A stretch of 64,000 nt of DNA from Mobula hypostoma (GCF_963921235.1 NC_086101.1:2108001-2172000); one strand, 5' to 3'. Positions 25,658 to 38,900 are shown, numbered from the stretch's first letter. Program-made: numbers and translations. Notes: a model not told the origin generated them from the sequence alone.

Positions 25658-25693
25658 ATGGCCCCGGGAGGCAAAATTAATCGTCCGCGCACG
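25658..25693 (+). CDS. C11orf98: C11orf98 exon 1 (MAPGGKINRPRT)
   Basis: Kozak aacATGg; matches the recalled human N-terminus MGAPGGKINRPRT; donor |gtaact, phase 0. Confidence 0.93.
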
Positions 25694-25704
25694 GTAACTG
25701 GTGG

Positions 25705-26540
25705 TGGGGATGAGGATGGAGGCAAGCGAGGGAGGGAGGGAGGCGAGTAGGTGAGGGTGGAGGGAGGAGCGGAGGGGCTGAGGGTGGGTGGAGGGGAGAC
25801 GAAGGTTGGGGGAGGGGAGGGGTAAAGTTGGGGGGAGGAGGGAAGGGGTGAGGTAGGGGGGAGTGGAGGGGGTGAGGGTGGCTGGAGGGGAAGGGTGGCT
25901 GGAGGGGAGGGGTGAGGGTGGAGGAGGGGAGGGGTGAGGGTGGGTGGAGGGGAGACGAAGGATAGGAGGGAGGAGAGGGGTGAGGGTGGGGGAGTGGAGG
26001 GGTGAGGGTGGGGTGGGGGTGGGGTGGGGTGGGGAGGGGTAAGGTTGGGGGAGGAAGGAAGGGGTGAGGGGGAGTGGAGGGGTGGGGGAGGGGAGTGGGT
26101 GAGGGTGGCTGGAGTGGAGGTGTGAGGTTGGAGGGAGGAGCGGAGGAGCTGAGGGTGGGTGGAGGGGAGACGAAGGTTGGGGGGAGGGGAGGGGTAAAGT
26201 TGGGGGGAGGAGGGAAGGGGTGAGGTAGGGGGGAGTGGAGGGGGTGAGGGTGGCTGGAGGGGAGGGGTGAGGGTGGAGGAGGGGAGGGGTGAGGGTGGGT
26301 GGAGGGGAGACGAAGGATAGGAGGGAGGAGAGGGGTGAGGGTGGGGGAGTGGAGGGGTGAGGGTGGGGTGGGGAGGGGTAATGTTGGGGGGAGGAAGGAA
26401 GGGGTGAGGGGGAGTGGAGGGGTGGGGGAGGGGAGTGGGTGAGGGTGGCTGGAGTGGAGGTGTGAGGTTGGAGGGAGGAGCGGAGGGGCTGAGGGTGGGG
26501 GGAGGGGAGGGGTGAGGGTGAGTTTTGGGGGAGGGGTGGC
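25705..26540 (+). repeat. G/A-rich low-complexity tract with an internal ~360-370 bp duplication (C11orf98 intron 1)
   Basis: ggagacgaaggttggggg at ~25795 and ~26167; ggagacgaaggatagg at ~25951 and ~26306. Confidence 0.85.
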
Positions 26541-26994
26541 CCTGATGATGGATTCTACTTTCCTGCACTGCATCCCGTGTAGATGCGCTCAATGATCTGA
26601 ACAGCTTTACCCGTGATGGACTGTGCCAAATCCTTTTGGAGGATTTTCCGTTCAAGGGCATTGGTGTTTCTATACAGGCCGCGATGCAGCCAGTCAGTGT
26701 ACTCTCCACCACACCTATCGAAGTTCGTCAGAGTTTTTACTATATCAAATCTTGGCAAACTCCTAAGGAAGTAGAGGTGTTATATTCCCACTTCACTTTG
26801 GCAGATTTTGAAAGTGCCAGAGGTGGTGCTGAGATATTGTGGAATAATTCCTGCAAGGGGCGTTAGGCTAGAGAAGCTGGGGGTATTCCAATGCAGCTCA
26901 GAAATGGACTGGTGAGAATTTTCTGCTGGGATCTGGAATAGACTTGATGGCCTGAATGGCCTCTTTTTATTGCAGTAAATCATTTTGAGGGTTT

Positions 26995-27500
26995 ACTCAG
27001 AGGCCCAAACAGTCCTTCCAGGTGAGGTGACACTTCACCAGTCAGCCTGTCAGGGTCATCAGTTGTGTCCAGTGTTCCCCCTGTGTGTACATCGGTGTGA
27101 CCTAACGTACTTGGTGAGCACTTTCGCCTTTTGCACCACAAAAGGCAGGATTTCCCGGTGGCCAATCATCTCAGTTCAGCTTCCTATTCCCATTCTCATT
27201 CCGACATGTCTGTCCATGGCTGCCTCTACGACCACAAAGAGGCCGCTCTCAGGATGGAGGAGCAACACCTCATTTTCCATCTCCTCCCCCCCTTCCCACA
27301 CTCACCCACCTTCCCCTTCACCTGCTAGCTAGAGCTTCCCCATCCCCAACCTTATGTACTGTCTTTCTCCCCTTTCTTTCTGATCTTGAAGAAATGTTGA
27401 CTGATTACTTTTTTCCATAGATGCTGCCTGAGTGGTTGAGTTCCTCCTGCATTTTGTGTGAGTTGCTCTGCATTTCCAGCATCTGTAGAACCGCTTGTGT
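26995..27500 (+). mobile_element. Penelope-like fragment (decayed GIY-YIG region plus tail)
   Basis: ggcccaaacagtccttccaggtgagg (GPKQSFQVR), tacatcggt (YIG), same tail family as 15375-15855. Confidence 0.7.
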
Positions 27501-27530
27501 CTAATTGTTTTCCTCCTGTGGCCTCTGCAG

Positions 27531-27652
27531 GAGTTACAGAGGAAGCTTTTCAAGAGGCGATGGGTTGCCAGAAAAGCGAAGAGGAAGAAGGCTATAGTTG
27601 GCGCTGTGATTGACGAGGGTCTGATCACCATCCATCACCTGAAGAAGCGATG
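27531..27652 (+). CDS. C11orf98: C11orf98 exon 2
   Basis: ctctgcag| [40 protein letters not shown] |gtgaga; VGAVIDxGLITxHHLKKR family motif. Confidence 0.95.
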
Positions 27653-28619
27653 GTGAGAGAGCAGCGGTTGCGCCAGTCTCTCGTGCCGACACAGGCATTT
27701 GCCGGTGAAGCTGTGTAACTCCCACTTTCCAAAGCTTTTTGCTGTCACGGGTCGATGTCCTGAAGAAGGTCTCGGCCTGAAACGTCTGCTGCTCACTCCT
27801 TTTTATAGGTGCTGCCTGATCTACCGAGCTCCTGCTGCACTTTGTGTGTGTCTCCTCAGTCAGAAGTTGTGGATCGCAGAAATGCCCTCTCCCAGGGGCC
27901 ATGGGTGCATGGTCTGAGTCTATCCCAAGCTGGGAATTGAGAAATGTTTGTGCACTGAGAGACTTGAAGTACCGAGGGCATTGGGTCGATCTGAAACCCC
28001 TCTCCTGCTCTCCTGATTCAATCCCCAAACCACGGTCTGCACTCTTCCAATTCTGGCCTCAAGTTTAATACCTCAGAGCCAGCGGTATCTTCCTATCCCT
28101 CTGGAATTCCACAGCTGTCTGTCTGCTTCTCCTGTTCTGGTCAAAGGAGACTTCGCCCAAATAGCAAATGACTGCACTTCAAGTCAGCACAGAACCAAGC
28201 CCTTCAACTCATCTAGCCAATGCCAAAATGCTTTTTACCATAGCCCTGCATATCCCTCCCATCCATGTACTTGTCCAGACTTATCTCAAATGAAACCTAC
28301 ACTACCAGCTCGTTCCATGTTCTCACCACATTCTGAATGAAGAAGTTCCCCTTTCACCTATGACCTCTAGTTGTCACCTCACCCAACTTCAGTGGGACAA
28401 GTCTGCTTGCATTTACCCTGTCTATACCTCAATCAAATTCTCCCTGTAACTCAGGTTCTCAAGTCCCGGCAAAACTTTGTAAATTTTCTCTGCGTTCTTT
28501 CAAGCTTATTAATATCTTCCTTGTAGGTAGGTGATCAAAACTGCACACAAGACTCCAAATTAGGGCTCACCAATGTCTTATACAATTTCAACATAACATT
28601 CCAACTCCTGTACGTAGTA

Positions 28620-28928
28620 AAGGCATCTGTTTGTCTTGCAAGACCATGGATCTGTGCCTGGAAAGTCTTCACTCTCCAGGGCACAGGCCTGGGCAAGGTT
28701 GTATGGAAGACCAGCAGTTGCCCATGCTGCAAGTCTCCCCTCTCCACGATACCAATGTTGTCCAAGGGAAAGGCATTAGGACCCATACAGCTTGGCACCA
28801 GTATCGTCGCAGAGCAATGTGTGATTAAGTGCCTTGCTCAAGGACACAACACATTCCCTCGGCTGGGGCTCGAACTCACGACCTTCAGGTTGCTAGTCCA
28901 ACGCCTTAACTACTTGGCCACATGCCCA
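28620..28928 (-). mobile_element. tRNA-derived CORE-like SINE inserted in a minus-strand CR1 (~28190-29060)
   Basis: B-box-like GAGTTCGAGCC and gtgtccttgagcaaggcacttaa on -; 18-bp TSD caactcctgtacgtagta / caactcctatacatagta. Confidence 0.8.
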
Positions 28929-29144
28929 CAACTCCTATACATAGTACTTTTATTTCTGTGCTAAAAGCTTTCTTTACAGCCCTACCTCACTGTGACGCAC
29001 TTTCAGTGAATTATGGATTTGTATTCCCAGATTCTTTTGTTGTACCACAGTCCTCAGCGGCCTGTGTAAGTCTCGGGTATTGCTCTGTGAGGGGTTGGGT
29101 TAAGCAGTGCATTACAGTACGTGTTTGATGGTTCTCGTTTGCAG

Positions 29145-29242
29145 TTCCAATAAAAGGGCGAATATCACACTCTCTGGGAAGAAGAGGAGGAAGCTGCAGA
29201 AACAGATTCAGCACAGTCAGAGGGAGCGCTCCGCTATGGATG
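29145..29242 (+). CDS. C11orf98: C11orf98 exon 3
   Basis: tttgcag| (C)SNKRANITLSGKKRRKLQKQIQHSQRERSAMD |gtacgt; RANITLSGKKRRKL motif. Confidence 0.95.
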
Positions 29243-29427
29243 GTACGTGAGACGATCTCTCCCTGCTTTCCCCTCGGGGAATATGTCTGCTTGCGTAAGC
29301 TGCTGGGAGCACTCGTCTGGGTAGGGTTCCCAGTGAGAAAGAGATGCGGGTGGCATTCTAAACCTGACGGTGATATGTTAGTTTGGATTCTTGCCGGGAT
29401 GCCATGAAAGAATCTGAATCAGGTTTA

Positions 29428-31042
29428 CAGTCACATGCAAAAGTTTGGGCACCCCTGGTCAAAATTTCTGTTACTGTGAACAGCTAAGTGATTAGAAGAT
29501 GAACTGATCTCCAAAAGTCATAAAGTTAAAGATGAAACATTCTTTTCAACATTTTAAGCAAGATTAGTGTATTATTTTTGTCTTGTACAATTTTAGAGTG
29601 AAAAAAAGGAAAGGAGCACCATGCAAAAGTTTGGGCACACTGAGAGATTTGAGCTCTCAGATAACTTTTACCAAGGTCTCTGACCTTAATTAGCTTGTTA
29701 GGGCTATGGCTTGTTCACAGTCATCGTTAGGAAAGGCCAGGAGATGCAAATTTCAAAGCTTTATAAATACCCTGACTCCTCAAACCTTGTCCCAACAATC
29801 AGCAGTCATGGGCTCCTCTAAGCGGATGCCTAGCACTCTGAAAATTAAAATAAATGATGCCCACAAAGCAGGAGAAACAGGAAAAGGCTATAAGAAGATA
29901 GCAATGTGTTTTCTGGTAGCCGTTTCCTCAGTTCATAATGTAATTAAGAAATGGCAGTTAACAGGAACGGTGGAGGTCGAGTTGAGGTCTGGAAGACCAA
30001 GAAAACTTTCCAAGAGAATTGCTCATAGGATTGCTAGAAAGGCAAATCAAAACCCCCGTTTGACTGCAAAAGACCTTCAGGAAGATTTAGCAGACTCTGG
30101 AGTGGTGGTTCACTGTTCTACTCTGCAGCGACACCTGCACAAATATGACTTTCATGGAAGAGTCATCAGAAGAAAACCTTTCCTGCATCCTCACCACAAA
30201 ATTTAGTGTCAGAAGTTTGCAAAGGAACATCTAAACAAGCCTGATGCATTTTGGAAACAAGTCCTGTAGATTAATGAAGTTAAAATAGAACTTTTTGGCC
30301 GCAATGAGCAGAGGTATGTTTGGAGAAAAAAGGGTGCAGAATTTCATGCAAAGAACTCCTCTCCAACTGTTAAGCACGGGGGTGGATTGATCATACTTTG
30401 GGCTTGTATTGCAGCCAGTGGCACGGGGAACATTTACTGGTAGAGGGGAAAATGAATTCAATTAAATACCAGCAAATTCTGGAATCGAACATCACACTGT
30501 CTGTAAAAAAGCTGAAGATGTAAAGAGGATGGCTTCTACAACAGGATAATGATCCTAAACACACCTCAAAATCCACAATGGACTACCTCAAGAGGCGCAA
30601 GATGAAGGTTTTGCCATGGCCCTCACAATCCCCCAACCTAAACATCATTGAGAATCTGTGGATGGACCTCAAAAGAGCAGTGCATGCAAGATGGCCCAAG
30701 AATCTCACAGAACTGGAAGTCTTTTGCAAGGAAGAATGGGCGAAAATCCCCCAAACAAGAATTGAAAGACTCTTAGCTGGCTGCAAAAAACGTTTACAAG
30801 CTGTGATACTTGCCAAAGGGGGTGTTACTACCTACTGCCATTTTGCTTTGGGCCCTTTTCCTTTTTTGTTATTTTGAAACTGTAAAAGATGGAAATAAGA
30901 AAGTAATCTTGCTTAAAATATAAAAGAAATGTGTCATCTTTAACTTTATGCCTTTTGGAAAACAGGTCATCTCTTACTCGCTTAGCTATTCACAGTAACA
31001 GAAATTTTTGACCAGGAGTGCCCAAACTTTTGCGTGCCACTG
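29428..31042 (+). mobile_element. Tc1/mariner transposon (IR/DR type), full length, dead transposase (~29808-30840)
   Basis: TA...TA TSD; CAGT termini; ~200-bp TIRs with inner repeat atgcaaaagtttgggcac; GRPRK, QDNDPKH and WPSQSPNLNIIENLW motifs; stops at ~30204, 30268, 30521. Confidence 0.93.
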
Positions 31043-31372
31043 TATTATCACTGAAAGAATCTGAATCAGGTTTATTATCACTGACGTATATAGCATAAGT
31101 TGTTGTTTTGTGGCAGCAGTAGAGTGCTTATAGAAATGACTATAGGTTACAACAGTACGAATTTCAGAAAGAGAACAGTATAGTCAGTGGTAAACTCAGC
31201 CAGCTCCACCATGGGCACTTAGCTTCCCAGCAATGAGGACACCAGGAGACGAGGCCTCAAAAAGGCGGCATCCATCATTGGAGCCAGGGAGCGTCGACTC
31301 AGACCATGAGAGGCCTGCATCGGGCATTTTCATGCCTTACAGGGCGCAGATTGGAAGTCTGTGTGGGGCGCC

Positions 31373-32146
31373 TGTTACCTTTCCCCGTGACGGGTTAAAG
31401 AACCAGCAGAAATGGAAGACACTTTGGAGTCTGGTATTGCTATTAACTAATGGTATTTATTGGTACCTATGCGATACAGTAATATAAAATCAGATATATC
31501 AAACAGATTAGCAATGATTTTATATATGTGTGGAAATATAAAAACCAAGCTTCTTCAAGCCTGGGGGTAAAGGGATACAGTCTTACGATGATGAGTAAAG
31601 TTCAGTTCAGTTTGTGGTATTGTGTTGAGAAGTGATGGAGAGAGAGAGGTGTTATGGTTATTCGAGTAAGCCGATGCTTCCCGTTGTCCTCCAAAATCCT
31701 TAAGAAGTCACTGAATGTGACCACAGCAAAGGGGACTGTTTTCTGTAATGAAGTTATCAACCCAGGTGAGGGTTGGACACACTAATAACTTCCCACCGGT
31801 CACACCTATTCCACACTGTGAGAGCCACTGATCGATCCTCTGAAAACCCACCTTTCTGTGGGCACAACAAAGCTCACCCAGTGTCCAAAATCATGTGTCT
31901 GTCTGTCTACCAGCTGACCTTGTATTTATCTCAGCATGCTGAACACCAGCCGTCCATCAAGTAGGTCCTCCCTTCTCTCTCTGTAGGAGCTCAGAAGCTG
32001 GCAGTGTCCTTGCAGAAATTCCAAACAAACTGTGAGCAGTCTTTGCCCCCATCTCTCTCTCTCTCTCTGTAACAAGCTGTTTGTGTTGTGCAGCTCATTC
32101 TTTTTAAAGGCACGGTCCATAAGGGATAATTCAGGATTCGGTCACA
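31373..32146 (-). mobile_element. Solo LTR related to the 18795-19636 LTR, splitting a CORE-like SINE
   Basis: TGTTAC...GTCACA termini; CGCC/TGCC TSD; shared aaccagcagaaatgga...ggagtctgg motif. Confidence 0.8.
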
Positions 32147-32631
32147 TGCCACTCCTTGCACAGACACTAGAGCAATGTGTGCCTTGCCCAAGGACACAAA
32201 CACGCTGGCACGCTGGCACAGCTGAGGCTCAAACTAGCAACCTTCAGATCACTAGATGAATGCGTTAACCACTTGGCCACGTGCCCAACCCAAAAGGACC
32301 CTCATCACTCAGGGCATGTCCTCTTCTGATTGCTACCATCAGGGAGAGGTACAGGAGTCTGCAGACACACACTTTGTCCCCACTGCTATCAGATTTCTGA
32401 GCAGACATTGAACCCATGAACACTATCTCATCATTTTTGCTCTCTTCTTGCAATTTTTATATATGTTCCTTATTATAATTTATTGTAAGTTTTTTGCCTT
32501 GCTGCCACGAAATAACATTTAACAGCATTAGTCAGTGATAATTCTGACCCCCCCCCCCAGCATGCAGTCTGTTTGCTGAGTCACTCCTATTCAAATGATT
32601 TGACCATATTTTTGTCCTTTGGCATTTCCAG

Positions 32632-32744
32632 TTGAACCCATTCTTCAAAGGACCAGGCAGGCGGTGGCCATGAGGGTGAGGGACGGAGGGGCAGAGCAGA
32701 AAACGGAGGTGCTGGAGGTAGACATGAAGGACGAACAGTCGTGA
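32632..32744 (+). CDS. C11orf98: C11orf98 exon 4 (last coding exon)
   Basis: tttccag| (V)EPILQRTRQAVAMRVRDGGAEQKTEVLEVDMKDEQS*; C-terminus resembles human DVEMKDLEDES; total 122 aa. Confidence 0.85.
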
Positions 32745-32989
32745 AGTGGAGTGGTCGGTGTGAAAAGCACAGGGCAGAGCTGGAGGCCTCGGTGTGCTTG
32801 GCGTGTGGAACCAGACCGATCTGCGTCTCTGGCCAAACCGCTACCATGAAGAGACGGTGGTTAATAGCACCCAGTTCTAGTGCTGCTCCACCTGACGGCC
32901 CCTGTACGGAGTGACACAACGGCAGTGCGGTCTGAAGTAATACTGATCACGTTTCATACAGGCAATATGGTTCAAAGTGCAAATACGAA

Positions 32990-33006
32990 AATAAACATGA
33001 AATAAA
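32990..33006 (+). terminator. Tandem polyadenylation signals of C11orf98
   Basis: AATAAA at 32990 and 33001, about 250 nt after the stop codon. Confidence 0.7.
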
Positions 33007-34014
33007 AGAAAAAAACATGTCACTTCAAAGCAAAGTTAAATAGGTTTTGAGTCTGCATCACTTACAGTTTTGGGTGTTGAATTCCACTGTTTTGGAGCGT
33101 AGTTCAAAAAATCTGTCCTGCCGATTATCTTTCGAGGAAGATTGTTTAAATTTGAGAGTGATGGAAGAAGGCCTGGGAACTCAAGCAGGATTATAAAACA
33201 TGATTTTATGATGTACTCAGGACCTAAGCCTGTACAGAAGAGATGGCTTGCAGTTGAACTGGAAGGGGACTAATATCCTTGTGGGAAGGTTTGCTCGGGC
33301 TGCACGGTGGGGTTTAAACCAAGAGTTGCAGGGGGATGAGAACCAGAGTTCGGAATAGTTAGTGGAGAGACAGATGTTGGTAAGACATCTCTTTATGTAT
33401 ATTTAAGGCAGAGGTTGATAGATTCTTGCTGAGTCAGGGCATGAAGGGATACAGGGAGAAGGCAGAGATTTCGGCTGGGAGGAGAATTGGATCAGCCATG
33501 ATGAAATGGCAGAGCAGACTTGATGGGCCAAATGGCCTAATTCTGCTATGACCATGTTAATGAGGATATATTACAGAGCACCCAACAGTCGGGGATTTTG
33601 CAGAAAGATTGCGGACTGTTGCAAGAAACATAATGTTGCTATAGCAGGTGATTATAACTGTCCACATACTGACTGGGACTCTCCTACAGTAGATTGGATG
33701 GAGGTTGTTAAGTGTGTTCAGGAATGTTTCCTTGCTCTTAATCTCAGAAAGGATCTAGCAAATGAGGATTGGGACAGGCTGTTTTCTGGTAAAGGTGCAC
33801 TTGTTAAATGGGAAGCCTTCAAAAGTGAAATTTTGAGAGTACAAATTTTATATGTACCTGCCGGAATAAAAGGTAAAGATGACAGGTGTAGAGAACCTTG
33901 GTTTTCAGCAGATATTGAGGCCCTGGTTAAAAGAAAAAAAGGAGGTGCATACCAGGTATAGGCAGGTAGGAACAAATGAGGTGCTTATTGCAGGAGAACA
34001 CTTAGGAAATAAAT

Positions 34015-34685
34015 CATCATCAGGTTCCCTGCCCAGTTTGAGCTTTGACTGCCATGGCCCACACACTCCCGTTTCGGGTCAAGTGGATCGATTCATTGGT
34101 ATTCATTTCCAGTTCTCTGTCTGCTGTCTCCATCATCATTTGTCTTTGTCTTTCTCTTGCTTTCTTCCCTTCAATATTTCCTTTAATTACCATGGATTCT
34201 AACTCCTCTTTCCTAATCACATGTCCAATGAAGTTACGTTGCCTTTTCATGATCTCATACATTATTTCTCTTTTTGGGTTTGCTCTGTTCATGACATCCT
34301 CGTTAGATATTCGTTTTGTCCATGATATTCTTTCCATCCTCCTCAAAAACCACATCTCTGCTGCTTCAATTTGTTTCCTCATGTTAATAGATATTGTCCA
34401 ACATTCTGAGCTGTATAACATAACTGGATAAACGTAACATTTCATTACTCTGAGGTGGGTTGTCATGCCTAGTTTAGTGTTGGTTAGTATGCTCTTCATT
34501 CTTGTGAAGGTGTCTTTTGCCATCCCTATTCTACTTTTGATGTCCTTGTCGCCCCTGCCAGCTGATGTCACCCAGCTTCCTAAGTAGCAAAAGTTCTGTA
34601 CTTGTTTCATGTCTTCCCCGTTTATTCTCAGCCTGCAGATAGGATTCTGCTTCTTTTTGGATATCACCATACATTCTGTCTTTTT
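34015..34685 (-). mobile_element. RTE-clade 3' fragment inserted in decayed CR1 (~33210-35000)
   Basis: KTECMVI, FCYLGS, LYSSECW, RISNEDV; (GAT)n tail; CR1 resumes at gaagaaatcagg. Confidence 0.85.
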
Positions 34686-35954
34686 GAAGAAATCAGGAAG
34701 GCTAAAAGAAGGCACAAGGTTGCCCAAGCAGACAAAGTGAAGGAGAATCCTAAGGTAATTCTACAGATGTATTAAGAGCAAAGGGATTGTAAGGGCCAAA
34801 ATTGATCTTCTGGAAGGGTAATCCATGTATGGCACTGAATGAGATGGGGAGGGAGATCTTAAATTTTGCTTTGCATCTGTATTTACCCCGGGAGACAGAC
34901 ACAGAGACTATAAAAGTGAGGCAAAGCAGCATCAACTTCAGAGACCCTATACAGATTTCAGAGAAAGAGGCTTTTGCTTTCCTGAGCCAGATCGAGTGGA
35001 TTGTTGGCAACAAAGAGCTGGAAGGCTCTGTTTGCACTCTTACTTCTAAATAAATAAGTATTGGTAAGAATTAGAATTTTCATTAATAAAATGAATTTTC
35101 CCCACATAGCTGGGGCGTTTGTTAAGTTGCAATGATAGCTGGCACAGTACTAAAATGACTCACATTCAGGGTGTGATTGGGATCTTGAGGCACACAGAAG
35201 CCCACCACAGACAAGAGCAAGTGGGCCACCACACAAACTTTCCAGCCTCTGCACTTGTTCTGGCATCTTCTGTCTCAGTGCAAGGGCCAGCCTTCCACAC
35301 AGTGCTGTGGTCTGAGGTATTTAGAAAGAAATCATGAACGCAGGTCACAAACATCTGGATCTTCAGTCTGTTCTTGACTACAATGGGGACAGATACAAAC
35401 AGTGGAAAGGTCAGACTGAGGAGGCGGCTTCAGGGCTCTGGCAGAATGATAAGTGTCCAGTGGGTTTTAGCTCTCGGATGCCACCAGCTGATGGTTTTCC
35501 CGTCAGTTCCCAGCACTATTCTTCACGAAGATTAGATTAGATTCAACTTTATTGTCACTGTGCCGAGTACAGATGCAAAGCCAATGAAATGCAGTTAGCA
35601 TCTAACCAGAAATGCAAAGAATAGTGTTATTTACAGAATAACTGCGAATAAAAAGTAAGTGCTACAGCACACAAATATAAAAGTACTGAGACAGTACAAT
35701 ATGGGTGCAATACTGCTTAGCGCTGTGATGTGAGGTTCAGCAGGGTCACAGCCTCAGGGAAGAAGCTCTTCCTGTGCCTGCTGGTGCGGGAGCGGAGGCT
35801 CCTGTAGCGCCTACCGGATGGGAGGAGAGTAAAAAGTCCATGGTTAGGGTGAGATACATCCTTGATAATGCTTTTCACCCTGTCCAGGCAGCGTTTATGT
35901 AGATGTTCTCAATGGTGGGCAATTGGGTGCAGATAAATCTGCCAGGCAGGGTCC

Positions 35955-38900
35955 AATACGGGAGGAAAAGGAGGTCCTGCAAAGAGAGTTTAGGGAGTTA
36001 GGTGCAAAGTTGAAGGACAGGACCTCCAGGGTTGCAATCTCAGGATTGCTACCCGTGCCACGTGCTCGTGAGGCTAGAAATAGGAAGATAATGCAGCTAA
36101 ATACGTGGCTAAGGAGATGGTGCAGGAGGGAGGGCTTCATGATTCTGGACAATTGGTCTTTGTTCCAGGGATGGTGGGACCTGTTCTGACAGGACAGGTT
36201 GCACCTGAACTGGAGGGGGACTAACATCCTTGTGGGAAGGTTTGCTAATGCTGCTCCGGGGGGGGGGTTTAAACTAGATTTGCAGGGGGAGGGGAACCAG
36301 AGTGTTACAGCAGATAGTGAGGTGGAGGAGGATAAAGGTCATGCGAGGACTGCATGTATAGACAGAAATCAAAGGTTTGTACGTGATAGAAATGTTCTCA
36401 GGTGCATCAATTTCAATACAAGGAGTATTGTAGGTAAGGCAGATGAGTTTAGGGTGTGGATTGCCATGTGGGATTACGACATTATTGCTACTAGTGAGAC
36501 TTGGTTGCAGGAGTGGCAGGACTGGCAGCTTAATGTTCCGGGGTTCCATTGTTTCAGACGTGATAGAGGGGGAGGGATGACAGGGGGAGGAGTGGCATTA
36601 CTAGTCAGGGAAAATATCACAGCTGTGCGTAGACAGGACAGCCCGGAGGGCTCGTCTACAGAGGCCATATGGGTGGAGCTGAGGAACGGGAAAGGTGTGA
36701 CCACACTAATAGGGTTGTATTATAGACCAACCAATAGTCAGAGAGAATTGGAGGAGCAAATTTGTAGAGAGATAGCAGACCGATGTAAGAAACAGAAAGT
36801 TGTAATAGTAGGGGATTTTAACTTTCCACATACTGACTGGGACTCCCACACTGTGAAAGGGCTGGATGGCCTGGAGTTTGTCAAATGTGTTCAGGAAAGT
36901 TTTCTAAATCAATATATAGAGTTAACAACGAGAGAGGATTCGATGTTTGATCTCTATTAGGGAACCAGACAGGTCAGGTGACAGAGGTATGTGTAGGTGA
37001 ACATTTTGGGTCCAGTGACCATAATGTCATTAGTTTCAAGTTAATTATGGATAAGGATAGGTCTGGTCCTTGAGTTAAGGTTCTAAATTGGTGAAGGGCC
37101 AATTTTGTGGAAATGAGAAAGGACCTAGGAAGAGTGGATGGGGATGAGTTGTTTTCTGACAAGGATGTGTTCAGTAAGTGGAAGGCCTTCAAAGGCGAAA
37201 TTTTGAGAGTGCAGAGTTTGCATGTTCCTGCCAGGATTAAAGGCAAAGTTAACAGGCATAGGGAACCTTGGTTTTCAAGGGATATTGGTGACCTGGTTAA
37301 GAAAAAGAGAGAGTTGTATAGCAGGTATAGGCAACAAGGAACAAATGAGGTACTTGTAGAGTATAGAAAATGTAAGAAAATACTAAAGGAGGAAATCAGG
37401 AAGGCAAAAGGAAGACATGAGGTTGCTTTGGCAGATAATGTGAAGGTAAACCCAAAGGGTTTCTACAAGTATATTAAGAGTAAAAGGATAGTAAGGGACA
37501 AAACTGGTCCCCGAGAAGATCAGAGTGGTCATCTATGTGGAGCCTCAGGAGATGGGGAAGATCTTAAACAATTTTTTTGCATCAGTATTTACTCAGGAAA
37601 CTGGCATAGTGTATATGGAAGGAAGGGAAACAAGCAGTAGTGTCATGGAACATACGGAGATTCAAGAGGAGGAGGTGCTTGCTGTCTTACAGCGAATAAA
37701 GGTAGATAAATCCCCCAGGCCTGACATGGTATTTCCTTGGATCTTTAGAGAGACTAGTGTAGAAATTGCAGGGGCCCTGGCAGAAATATTTAAAATGTCC
37801 TTAGCCACGGGTGTGGTGCAGGAGGATTGGAGGGTAGCTCATGTTGTTCCGTTGTTTAAAAAAGGCTCCAAAAGTAAACCAGGTAATTACAGGCCAGTGA
37901 GCCTGACATCAGTAGTAGGTAAATTATTGGAAGGTGTTCTGAGAGATCGGATATACAAGTATTTGAACAGCCAAGGGCTGATTAAGGATAATCAGCATGG
38001 CTTTGTGCATGGTAGATCGTGCTTAACGAATCTTGTAGAGTTTTTCGAGGAGGTTACCAAGAAAGTAGATGAAGGAAAGGCTGTGGATGTTGTCTACATG
38101 GACTTTAGTAAGGCCTTTGACAAGGTCCCACGTGGGAGGTTAGTTCAGAAGGTTCAGACACTAGGTACCTATGGAGAGGTTGCAAACTGGATTTGAAATT
38201 GACTGTCTGGGAGAAGACAGAAAGTGGTAGTGGATGATTGCTTATCAGACTGGAGGCCTATGACTAGTGGTGTGCTTCAGGGATCTGTGCTGGGACCATT
38301 GTTGTTTGTTGTCTATATTAATGATCTAGATGATAATGTGGTAAATTGGATCAGCAAGTTTGCTGATGACACTAAGATCGGAGGCGTTGTGGACAGCGAG
38401 GAAGGCTTTCAAAGCTTGCAGAGAGATCTGGACCAACTGGAAAAATGGGCCAGAAAATGGCAGATGGAATTTAATGCAGACAAGTGTGAGGTGTTGCATT
38501 TTGGAAGGACAAATCAAGATAGGACATACGCAGTAAATGGCAGGGCACTGAGGAGTGCGGAGGAACAAAGGGATCTGGGAGTTCAGATACATAATTTCCT
38601 GAAAGTGGCGTCACAGGTGGATAGGGTTGTAAAGAAGGCTGTTGGCATCCTGGCATTCGTAAATCAAAGTATTGACTATAGGAGTTAGGATGTTATGGTG
38701 AGGTTGTATAAGACACTGGTGACACCAAATTTGGAGTATTGTGTACAGTTCTGGTCACCTAACCATAGGAATGATATCAGTAAGATTGAAAGAGTACAGA
38801 GAAGATTTACTAGGATGTTGCCAGGTCTACAGGAGTTGAGATACAGGGAAAGATTGAACAGGTTAGGACTTTATTCCTTGGAGCATAGAAAAATGAGGGG

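Noticed and set aside
25522-26712. Proline-rich 396-aa and 298-aa ORFs (likewise 53089-55021)
   Set aside because: Translations of G/C low-complexity intronic tracts, antisense to real genes.
29706-30877. Active or domesticated transposase
   Set aside because: Multiple in-frame stops and frameshifts.
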